NCBI GenBank assembly: GCA_964035545.1
Contig: OZ037768.1
Coordinates: 19,699,700 to 19,763,699, forward strand
Reading direction: 5' to 3'
Source: Bugula neritina
Taxonomy: Eukaryota > Animalia > Bryozoa
Length of the DNA stretch: 64,000 nucleotides
Positions 10,838-64,000 of this stretch are shown here, one piece after another. The number at the start of each line of letters is the position of its first letter. The stretch's first letter is position 1. Under the pieces are notes generated by a model that worked only from the letters and a program-made list of their open reading frames with translations, did not search any database and had not been told where the DNA came from. The translations under genes were made by a program, and so were the position numbers.

Positions 10838-11259
10838 AAGTTCCTTATAGATTTGATGCAACTTCTTCGCATTATAAAACGTATTATTCTAACCAGGCAG
10901 GTGGAACCCTGCCAGTTTTTAAAGGTCAGACTATTCAACGTGGGAGTGGATTAGGTGGTGTATTTTCAAAAATATTTAAAGGGATTGCACCCGTTCTAAA
11001 ATCTGTTGCAAAAACTGCTGGTAAACAATTAATAAACAGTGGAGCCAGTATAGCTAATGATCTTTTGGAAGGAAAATCTTTCAATGATACAGCTAAAGAC
11101 AATTTAACCCAAGGCGGAAAAAAGTTGTTCAATGATTTAACGTCTTCAATATTCAGTTCAAAAGTAGGCGGAGCTAAGAAACGAAGTAAACCCAGACGAA
11201 TTCAGCACAAAACTTCTAAAAACAAACGTCGAAGATTGACTAAAGACATTTTCACCTAA
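10834..11259 (+). CDS. Virion core / membrane-active protein with protease sites, amphipathic helix and basic tail
   Basis: NQAGG and IQRGSG|LGGVFSKIFKGIAPVLKSVAK amphipathic segment; R/K-rich C-terminus ending DIF; located between penton and MCP. Confidence 0.75.
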   Translation: MKVPYRFDATSSHYKTYYSNQAGGTLPVFKGQTIQRGSGLGGVFSKIFKGIAPVLKSVAKTAGKQLINSGASIANDLLEGKSFNDTAKDNLTQGGKKLFNDLTSSIFSSKVGGAKKRSKPRRIQHKTSKNKRRRLTKDIFT

Positions 11260-11276
11260 AACCTGGAAGGATAAAG

Positions 11277-12611
11277 ATGAATTTTCATAAACTTAATAAA
11301 GATTCACAGGAAAGCACAGCTCATGAGCTTGACTTATTCAGTGTTCCTTTATCAAAAACTAGTGTTCTTGAAGGTGAAATTCATGAACTTGGTCCACTAC
11401 GAGCACCAAGAGGAAATGCACCGATCGAATTTGAAATTGATGGAAATACTGATCACTATTTGGACTTGAGTAACTCGTTTCTTCATGTGCAATGTAAAGT
11501 GCTAAAACAAGATGGAACGGAATTAGCTAATGTGGATGACGACAAAAAAATTGCTCCAAGCAACAATTTACTACATTCGTTGTTTCAATCTTTGACAATT
11601 CAAATAAATGGAAAAGAAATTGAACATGAAGCAAATTACGCTCATAAAGCTTTCCTCTCAAATAAGCTCAACTTTGGAAAAGATGCTAAATCTACTCACA
11701 TCACTCCACATCTTTGGATTGAAGATGAAATGTTTGAGAACCACACTGAAAAATTATCTGCTCAACAACAGACCAAAATGACATCCAGAGTAAATAAAGT
11801 GTCTTTGAGTAAAACTCTCGATCTTATTGGACGACCAAATAGTGTATTATTCAACCAGCCTCGTTACCTTATTCCAGGACTTGTCATCAATATTAAACTT
11901 CAAAGAAACAATGCAGACTTTGTGCTTCAAAAAACAGAAGGACATGAAACTGATTATAAAATTGAAATCATTAGTGCTGAACTTCTTGTGAGGAAAGTCC
12001 GTGTTCATCCGAGTATTGCAACATCACACATGACTCTTCTGAATCAAGGAAAAAAGGTTCTCTACCCAATTCATCAAACAGACACACAGTTTTTTACCAT
12101 TTTTCCCGGTAGACAAAATGAACGCATCAACATTCTTCAAAACAAACAAGAAGCAAAGATTGTTATTGTTGGATTAGTTAGTCATACAGCAAAAAATGGC
12201 TCATACCTCCACTCTCCGTTCAAATTTGAAAATTATGATGTGTCCTCAGTAAATCTAACTGTAAATGGTCATAATGTACTTAACACTCCTTTGCAACTTA
12301 ACTTTGGGAAAGATATCTATGCACGTGCATATCATAACCTCATGTCAGTATGCGATAAAAGCTTCATGAATGAGGGCAACAATATATCTTTGGAAGAATT
12401 TAAAGAAAGTGTCTGCTTATTTGCTTTTGATAATACTCCTGATCAGTGTCATGGTGAAGGAATCCACTTGATTCGTCAAAGTACCACAACTCTTGATTTA
12501 ACCTTTCGTAAGCCAACTGAAGAAACAATAAGCGTATTAGTGTACACAGAAACAGATGATCTGATTGAAATTGATAAGACTCGAGTAGCAACAAGAGCTT
12601 CAACATCATGA
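11277..12611 (+). CDS. Major capsid protein (double jelly roll)
   Basis: 444 aa; ELDLFSVP, PIEFEIDG..HYLDLSNSFL, NNLLHSLFQ, FNQPRYLIPG and SPFKFENYDV motifs typical of Polinton MCP. Confidence 0.9.
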   Translation: MNFHKLNKDSQESTAHELDLFSVPLSKTSVLEGEIHELGPLRAPRGNAPIEFEIDGNTDHYLDLSNSFLHVQCKVLKQDGTELANVDDDKKIAPSNNLLHSLFQSLTIQINGKEIEHEANYAHKAFLSNKLNFGKDAKSTHITPHLWIEDEMFENHTEKLSAQQQTKMTSRVNKVSLSKTLDLIGRPNSVLFNQPRYLIPGLVINIKLQRNNADFVLQKTEGHETDYKIEIISAELLVRKVRVHPSIATSHMTLLNQGKKVLYPIHQTDTQFFTIFPGRQNERINILQNKQEAKIVIVGLVSHTAKNGSYLHSPFKFENYDVSSVNLTVNGHNVLNTPLQLNFGKDIYARAYHNLMSVCDKSFMNEGNNISLEEFKESVCLFAFDNTPDQCHGEGIHLIRQSTTTLDLTFRKPTEETISVLVYTETDDLIEIDKTRVATRASTS

Positions 12612-13051
12612 ACACTCTTCAATTGTTAGAAGTTTTGAGCAAAGACCTATTTTTGACGAAAAGATTTCGATATGTTCTCCCATTAGACAAGTTTATGCAG
12701 ACTAATTTTCCTTTCTCTTCATCAATTATATTCAACTATGATACTTCAGAAAAGCCAGGAAGCCACTGGGTGGCAGTGTTTATATCCGAAAAAGGAAAAA
12801 TAGAATATTTTGATTCATATGGAATTAAGCCTATTACAAAAGAACTATTGTCTAAAATTTGCTCTTTATCAAACGTTATGCCTCGTTTCAATTTAATCAG
12901 ATTTCAAAGCAAATCTTTTGTATGTGGACAATACTGTTTAATATTTTTGATGCTTCGAGCTAGAGGATTTTCTTTTTCTTTTATTCAGAATTTGTTGTTA
13001 GAATGCTCTACACCACATGAGAGAGGATCACATATTAAACATGTTTATTAA
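12608..13051 (+). CDS. Adenain-like cysteine maturation protease
   Basis: Catalytic motifs PGSHWVA (H), EYFDSYG (D) and Q...CGQYC (C). There is a possible +1 frameshift near 13025, because the alternative frame reads ERDHILNMFI. Confidence 0.92.
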   Translation: MNTLQLLEVLSKDLFLTKRFRYVLPLDKFMQTNFPFSSSIIFNYDTSEKPGSHWVAVFISEKGKIEYFDSYGIKPITKELLSKICSLSNVMPRFNLIRFQSKSFVCGQYCLIFLMLRARGFSFSFIQNLLLECSTPHERGSHIKHVY

Positions 13052-13250
13052 TAAATTGACAGGGTTTAACCTTGATGTTTACAAAATGTAAGCAAAGTAA
13101 CACATATTGCATGCATGACAATTTTTTGTAAAATTTCCTCAATAAATATTTTCAACCTCACAGTATTTACTACTATTGATTGAACAAAATTTATCTTCTA
13201 GCACAGTAATCATTCAAGCGCAAAGAAAAAAATTAATGTATAATTAATTA

Positions 13251-13338
13251 CCCCAGCCGTGAGTAAAATGATTTCTCGGTGTGAGTAATGGGGAATATAA
13301 CACAGGGATGGGGTCCCAAATGCTCCACATATACTACT
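13251..13338. repeat. Candidate right terminal inverted repeat of the Polinton
   Basis: A relatively GC-rich block ends in ACTACT (reverse complement AGTAGTATATGTGGAGC...). The predicted 6-bp TSD would be GATGTA (13339-13344). The partner TIR is outside the window, so the inner boundary is a guess. Confidence 0.5.
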
Positions 13339-13918
13339 GATGTATGGAAACACCACAATTTTATACCAACATATGGAAATCATCAAATTTATTCAGCTAC
13401 ACTTGAACGAAAGATCACTCTTTCATGACCATGCAAAAATTGATTAAAATATATATACAATATACAACATAAGGAACTTCCCAAATGTTTAAACGTCAAA
13501 GAAAACACAGCTTTGAATATTTGATAAAAATAATGACCCAGACAATGTTTTTGACAATGATGCATATAAGATCTGAAATAGTTCATATTTAGTCAAATAC
13601 AATGTCATGTTTATTGCTAGACAAATTAGTAATATATTATTTATATCTTTAATATCTAGAACATGGAATTTTGAAAATGACATAGGATCTTTAACTTCTA
13701 TAAATTTATACCTTTCTCAAGAAACTTAGCAATTTTTAAAATATGTTTGATACAATTTCAAGATAACTTTTGCTTTATGGTAAAGGCTTTTACACCAACA
13801 CATAATGCCTGGACTTATTTTGGGCATCTGTGAAACATAAGTTTAACATAGCGACTTTCCAACATCAGTTTATCAATCTACATTAGAGCAAAGATGGTCT
13901 ACTAAATGAAACATATAC

Positions 13919-15704
13919 CATTAGGAGCAGAGCACACAGCGCCTGCTTCTAATGCTATTAGATGTGCTGCTGCAAAGTCCCAGATGTGAGGCCCGAATTG
14001 AACGTTAGCATCAATATAACCAGCAGCAACATGGCAGATATCTAAGGCAGCACTCCCAATACATCTTATACTACAACATAAGAAAATTTATCTCTTTTTT
14101 ATACTCTCATCACTGAAAAAAGATAATTCCAGATCATAAAAAAATTGTAGTAACTATTTTATATAAAACTTACACGCAGCAAACATTACTCTTCATGAGA
14201 AAGCTAAAAATATTTTATAGAAAAGTAACTTATTTCCGGCAAAGTTGTTAATTTAAAGCAAAACAGAGCTCTACACTTACCCATGACATTTCTCTACTAG
14301 AGTATTCATTATACCCATTTTAAACTTCAAGAAGTCTGTTTTTCTCTGAGGCCCAAACCCTGCCGCTATTAATGAGCTATTTAAATCTGAAACAAAATCA
14401 TCTTGTTATGAGCTTCACAGATTAACCCAAAAAAACAGTACTAATATTATTGATTTTATGCTTAATATTTCGTGAGAAACTAGCAAGTTAATTTTTTAAG
14501 CAAATGCAAAACAATTACTTGCAGATATGTTTACTTGCACCTGCTAAAGATGTCAATCACATTACAAACCCTCACTTTATGCCTAAAAATAATGTCATCC
14601 TGTGTAAAAATATTCTTTGTGGGGCTAGATCTATATTTGTTATGTAGGTATAACTTAAGAAACATATTCCTCCATTAAAGGTTAGTATTCACATGAACAA
14701 GTACCTGTAGTCGATGAGCATTTTATCACTCGGCCATTACAGAATGCACCTTCTCCTTTGATAGCTGAGTATATCTTATCATTTGGTATATCATAAACTA
14801 TACCCAACACTGGATCCTTCTCAACAAATAACCCGACTGATATACAGTAAGCCGGAAATCTACAAAAATGCATCATCATTTCAAACACTGAAACAGAACG
14901 GCTACCTTTCATATAATAATTATACTTGTTATTTACAATCAACAAAAATTACCCATGGACAAAGTTAGTTGTACCATCAATTGGATCAATTATCCAAGTT
15001 GGTTCATTTGTTAGATTACATTCCCCACCATCAGCTACCATTTCTTCTGCAATAAACCTACAATGAAAAAATTGTGAGACATGGCTTAAAGGATTATGTT
15101 AGATTATAGTCTCTATAACCTCTTGTCTTTTCATACGCAATACTCAGATTGATAATATTTTTAAATCTAAATGCTTTGCAAAACATGGAAATTTGAAATG
15201 AAGAAAATAAAGCACTAAAACAACGAATATGGTTCCTTATTAAACGAATGATTTATGAACACTCATTTGCAAAACAAACAAATTATTGAATGCTAGAACA
15301 CAAACTTGTGAGCTGGGTAGCATCGTGATAGCTGACCAATGAGTAACTTTTCTGTTTCTCTGTCATATTCGGTAACTAAGTCAGCGAATGATTCTTTATT
15401 ATCTGATGAAGGTTTCGTGGAAGCAATGTGAGCTGATTTCACATACTACAGAGGTAATACAGCATAGTAGACAAACCAAGCAGTTACTAATCAACATAAA
15501 AAGAACTACATGCAATAAATAGAAAATTTCAAACAAAAGAATGTTGCATAAAAATATTTTTCACCAATTTAAAACTTAAATAGCACATATGCTTATAGAT
15601 GGATACAGGGAGGGGAAGAGTTTATGACATTTACCCACCTTTCCAGATGAAACTACTAGCTCACAGGCATTCTTGAAAATTTGTCTAGTAATTATCTTGT
15701 TCAT
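13919..15704 (-). CDS. IMPA: Inositol monophosphatase (IMPase), six visible coding exons; last exon not identified
   Basis: Exons 15704-15639, 15445-15306, 15057-14953, 14859-14705, 14386-14281 and 14070-13919. Motifs [41 protein letters not shown] and WDFAAA..IALEAG. Confidence 0.93.
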
Positions 15705-16189
15705 TTCTATAAAAGAGAGCAAAATTAAAAACACTGGTATTATGCAGCAAATATTTATGTAGCAAATTAATAATGTAAACAAACAATTGATTATATGTAA
15801 AAGACATTACTTACTTTCCAAAGATTCATAATGCATACCTGTTGTGCAGTCAGTGAAATGATAAAACATTCACCAATAATCCATCATTTATGACTTGACA
15901 AGTACTTCTTTTTTCCTTGTTTACTTGTGGATTAATTAAAAAAAGTATATAAGATTTCGCTACTCAGCCTTTCCATAAATTTGTGATGAATATGTTTTGA
16001 TTAACCACATTTCGGCATTGAGCGATAGCTAATCCTCATTGTGATTTACTAAATTATTTATCGGTAATTAGAAAAATGCATTTGAAGCAGAGACATTTCA
16101 CGAGCCTGTGTTGTAAAGATTAGGTTTGACAAATGATGTAGTGATATGCAAAAATTAAAAGATATGCTTTTAGCCAAAAATCATAAAAA

Positions 16190-17770
16190 ACTAATACTAA
16201 TAGTAATATGTATAGTGATAGTGATAATATTAAATTTAATAAAATAAAAATATGATCCTAAATAACAAAATACTCATACTCAGTAGCAGTAGGATTATCA
16301 GTATGAGTATGATAATTATCATAATTAATATTATAATGATATTGATTATGATACTCATGCTCATAGTCATAGTAGTAGTCACTGATACTGATAGTGAAGC
16401 ATACACTAATACTATACTGGTACTGATATGGTGAACTCAAAATTAAGTTACTCATACTGATTCACTAATAGACCTAGAGTGACAGTCTAATCATAATGAT
16501 CATGATAATAACTAACATTGATCATGATAGTATTAGTACTAATCTGATTATCATTATTAATATTATTATATACTTATGATAATCATAATGTTGATCATAA
16601 TGATAATGATAAGTCATGAATTTATCACAGCCTGATCACCATAATGAATATCAATATGAATATGGTAATCATAAAATTAAATCATTATGATTAATATTAA
16701 AAATGTTATAAATATTTTAAAATTTATATCATCACGAACCGCCTAGTGAAAGTCAGTTAGTCATACTCATACTCATACTGATAGTCATAGATAATTGACT
16801 TTGAATCATCAAATCATAATGACAAGGCCAATAAAAATAGAATCATAATGTTACTGAATATCATCATTATTGTAAATGTTACTAAATATCAGTATTATTG
16901 TATTAGTCAGAAAAAATACAATTAGGGTATAGTAATACTAATAGTAATACTAATACTCTATTACAAAATATAGTAACATAATTTATGAATGAAGCGTGCG
17001 ACATTCGGTAAATATAGCAGTGTTCTATGGAAAATAAACATACCAATACAACGAAGAATCTAAATTGACACCCGTAAATCTATTTCCGGCATAGTAAAAC
17101 TTCAACAGGAAATACAAATAAACAGAACCTTTACCCGAAGTCTGTGGATGAAATTGAGCTAATAGTAATTCTAATACTAATACTGTAATGGTTATTATCC
17201 TCTAAGCTCTTTCGTAGTATAAACATATAATATATGCAGTCACCATTGCTATTGGTATTGCACTGCACACACTTTTGTACTTAAAACTAAAACTTGCTGT
17301 TGTTACGTTCAAAAGTTATACTCATGTTAATAGAAAATCCTGTGGTGTTCTTATTCTAGATCAGGTTCAACTTTAAGTTTAAATTTAAACTTTTACTTTT
17401 ACTTTTAGTTTACTTCAACTCAAATTTAAGTTTAAGATTAATTTAAATTATAAATACATTTATTTATATTTATACTACTATTAGTATTACTATTACTATT
17501 AGTATTACTGTTAGATTTACTTATAATTTTACTTCAACTTTTAGTCTTTCCTTTGGATATCATAATGACAATCATCATATTGATATTGATAATCATAATT
17601 TATTAATTATAAAATTCAATGAAATTTAATGATAATCTTAATCAATTTATCAAACGTGATTAAATGTTAAATCTGATAATTGATGTTTTAATTTTTATTT
17701 TAAAACTAGAATCTAGGAAATGGTGTAACCATTACTATTAGTATTAGTATTAGTCTTTGATTTGCTAAGC
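16190..17770. repeat. AT-rich, hexamer-phased low-complexity region with inverted ends
   Basis: Long runs of degenerate 6-mers (ATACTC, AGTATG, ATCATA, ACTTTT...). An 18-bp inverted repeat lies at 16190-16207 / 17731-17748. Confidence 0.5.
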
Positions 17771-18460
17771 CATTTAAGCTAAAACAATTACAATATGCAC
17801 AGGAAAATAAATCTAACTAGCTAGTTTCAGTACCTCTATTTAAATTAATGAATGCTTGAAGTATTGCACAAGCAATTTATTTGACCAGGGAGGGTTAAAA
17901 CTTATGCAAAAATTAAAAAATAATTAAAAATTATAAATACTGATATTTCAACACATCAAAGATGGTAATTATAAGTACTGTTGCTAGTACAGTTGCTAAG
18001 TTTCGTTATTTTATACCTTGTACCTTTTTACCTTTGCATGTTTAACTTTTTGTATCAATACGAATTTATATTTGACAATCAGAGTTATATAGTTATAAGT
18101 TTCGGTACATATATTCACATTAATATTAAACTTCTGTCTGTAGGCACCACCAATTTTGGCTATTCAAAAGCTAGTAATTTTACTATTACCTGGTTTCAAA
18201 ACCATCATTCACACTGTAATTATAAATTATTTTCAATTTTTCTTTGCCGTTTTCTCATTTAGTACTCTATTTTGTTTTTAATTTTTTGTAAAATTTGTTT
18301 GCTCAACAATAGGCTACTACTTGACGGTTGCTATTAGAATGTTTACTTTTTTAACACTGTAGTTTTTGCTAAATCATGTTTTAGAACCCATGTATTTATA
18401 TTAACCCTAAAGCAGCTCATAAGCAGAACCCAAAACTATTTCAATAACGTGTAGAAAGGA

Positions 18461-51633
<33,173 letters not shown>

Positions 51634-52891
51634 GCAATCTACTTCAAGTTTTCCTAAATACTCAATATTTTCTACTCCGAACTGCCAAGCTTATTGTTTA
51701 AACATAGCTTCGTTCTGTAACATTACATTGTGCAATTATTACTTGCTATATAAGTCAATAATCATACTTATTGCCAATATTTAGTTCTATAATGTACGTC
51801 AAATTGTCTCCTATTTTCATCTTTCTACTATTGATATCAATATTCAATTAATTAAACTATTATTGTTGTAGAACTTTATATATATATTTTATTAGATTTG
51901 TATGTCTGGTATATTTGTTGTACATAGCTTTTCACAGTGTTCCATATTTTGTCATCTCATCCTATGGTGCTTATCTATTCAATCTTTTGTCTTCTAGTTT
52001 AATAGTATCTCTGCATCGTCATGTTTTACAATTATTCTAATGTTTAACATAATTATGATGATAACATCTTTTGAATGTTTTGTGAAATAAATATTACAAA
52101 AATGTTATGTTCATGTATGCATTAGCTATAACGATAAATTGGCTGCCATGCTTTATATGGTCATATTATGTAGTTAATGGTTTATTTGAGAATTCTGTTA
52201 AAAGTTGCAACTGTTTTTTTTTCAATTGAACAATAATCTATAAAATATATTGAACGAATCAGCTGCAAAGGTTCTAAAATGATCCATGTGTAATTTTTGA
52301 AAAGGTGAGATTCATTGCATGTATCAATCAGTGTTAACATTCTACTGCGTATACTGTTTTTATATCAATTCTCTAACAAAATCATCTATATGCACAATGA
52401 CGTGCAACTGCTAAAGTTCCTATGGCAAAGTATATTAACTTTTATTATTAGTGTCTGAAATCCCAATTTACTTTAAAATAATGATTGTAACTAAAAATTG
52501 CATGGATGTGATATTTTGTCATAGCATGGTGCAGTAGCAGTCTCTTTCATTTGCAAACTAGGTTTTAAAATTGGCAGATCTCTTTTAAATATATATTAAA
52601 AAGCAGAAGATCAGGGAGTTTTTAATAACCTTATTTTGGTTTCAATATTTTAGCTCATTATAAACATAATGTACATCTATCGCAAAATAATGTGCGGAGT
52701 TATCCTCTCGGTTTACCACTTCTAGCTGATTGTGGAACAAACGTTAAATTCCTTTCCCGTTAGTCTTATGCATTTGATAATAATTTTTAATTATTATAAA
52801 TTTTTACAAAATTAATTTTGTTTGAAACAAAATAAAATACAATTATTTATTTGAAATTGAAAACTATATGCGAAACTATGTATTTGAGCAG

Positions 52892-52920
52892 GTTGCCGTG
52901 ACAAAATAGACAACTTCCGG
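52892..52920 (+). promoter_or_regulatory. RFX X-box-like site plus ETS-like site upstream of CFAP100
   Basis: GTTGCCGTGACAAA (52892-52905) and ACTTCCGG (52913-52920) lie ~100-130 nt upstream of the ATG of a motile-cilia gene, a typical RFX target class. Confidence 0.55.
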
Positions 52921-53020
52921 TTAGCAGCATTGTTTCTGGAGAGAGTAAAACTATAATAACAAAAAACTTCCATCATCACAAGTTACTTTCAATAGTGTGA
53001 ATTTATATTACACTTTAATT

Positions 53021-63872
<10,852 letters not shown>

Positions 63873-64000
63873 GTAAACAACACCTAACTTAGAGAGCATT
63901 GATTTTATTTGAATGTGAAAAAGCTCTATATAGTCAGTATGCTGGTGGGTAAGCTTACAGCGTAGTTTTTATTGGTGGGTGGCTTAGTAATGTAGCAGCT

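Larger units (their letters stand above)
1..13338 (+). mobile_element. Polinton/Maverick (adintovirus-like) endogenous viral element, right portion
   Basis: Co-oriented cluster of pPolB, DDE integrase, penton, double-jelly-roll MCP and adenain. Candidate right terminus ...CATATACTACT at 13338 (AGTAGT-type end on the - strand). The left TIR and packaging ATPase are not seen, so the element probably starts upstream of the window. The start coordinate is simply the window edge. Confidence 0.93.

Noticed and set aside
5185-12615. Short antisense and alternative-frame ORFs within Polinton genes
   Set aside because: They have no motifs and are the expected shadows of long coding frames.
13169-13174. 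Alternative ACTACT Polinton terminus
   Set aside because: It lies in plain AT-rich sequence just after an AATAAA. The 13338 site has a more TIR-like adjacent block. This cannot be fully excluded without the left end.
16252-16455. Ile/Met-rich and Tyr/His-rich ORFs
   Set aside because: They are products of low-complexity hexamer-phased DNA.

Overview
AT-rich, intron-rich DNA from an invertebrate animal. (1) About 1-13338 is the right-hand ~13.3 kb of a Polinton/Maverick (adintovirus-like) endogenous element, with all genes on the + strand: a hand-reconstructed 6-7-exon spliced gene (possible OB-fold ssDNA-binding protein) carrying a hAT-type MITE in one intron, a protein-primed PolB with apparent frameshifts at both ends, two conserved accessory/core ORFs, a chromodomain DDE integrase, penton, a basic core protein, the major capsid protein and an adenain protease. 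Several genes are linked by ATGA stop/start overlaps. The left end and the packaging ATPase are not in the window. (2) An inositol monophosphatase gene on the - strand (15704-13919) whose expected last exon is not visible before the Polinton. (3) A complete multi-exon neurofibromin (NF1) gene, 18461-51633 (+). (4) CFAP100/CCDC37, from 53021 (+), running off the window. The most unusual feature is a family of intronic minisatellites seeded on splice sites. Several duplicate the exon end plus the 5' splice site, one 493-nt intron is made entirely of such a repeat and takes both splice sites from it, one array is 8 tandem GT...AG 19-mers, and one is an array of RFX X-box-like motifs. All exon structures were read by hand; no searches were run.
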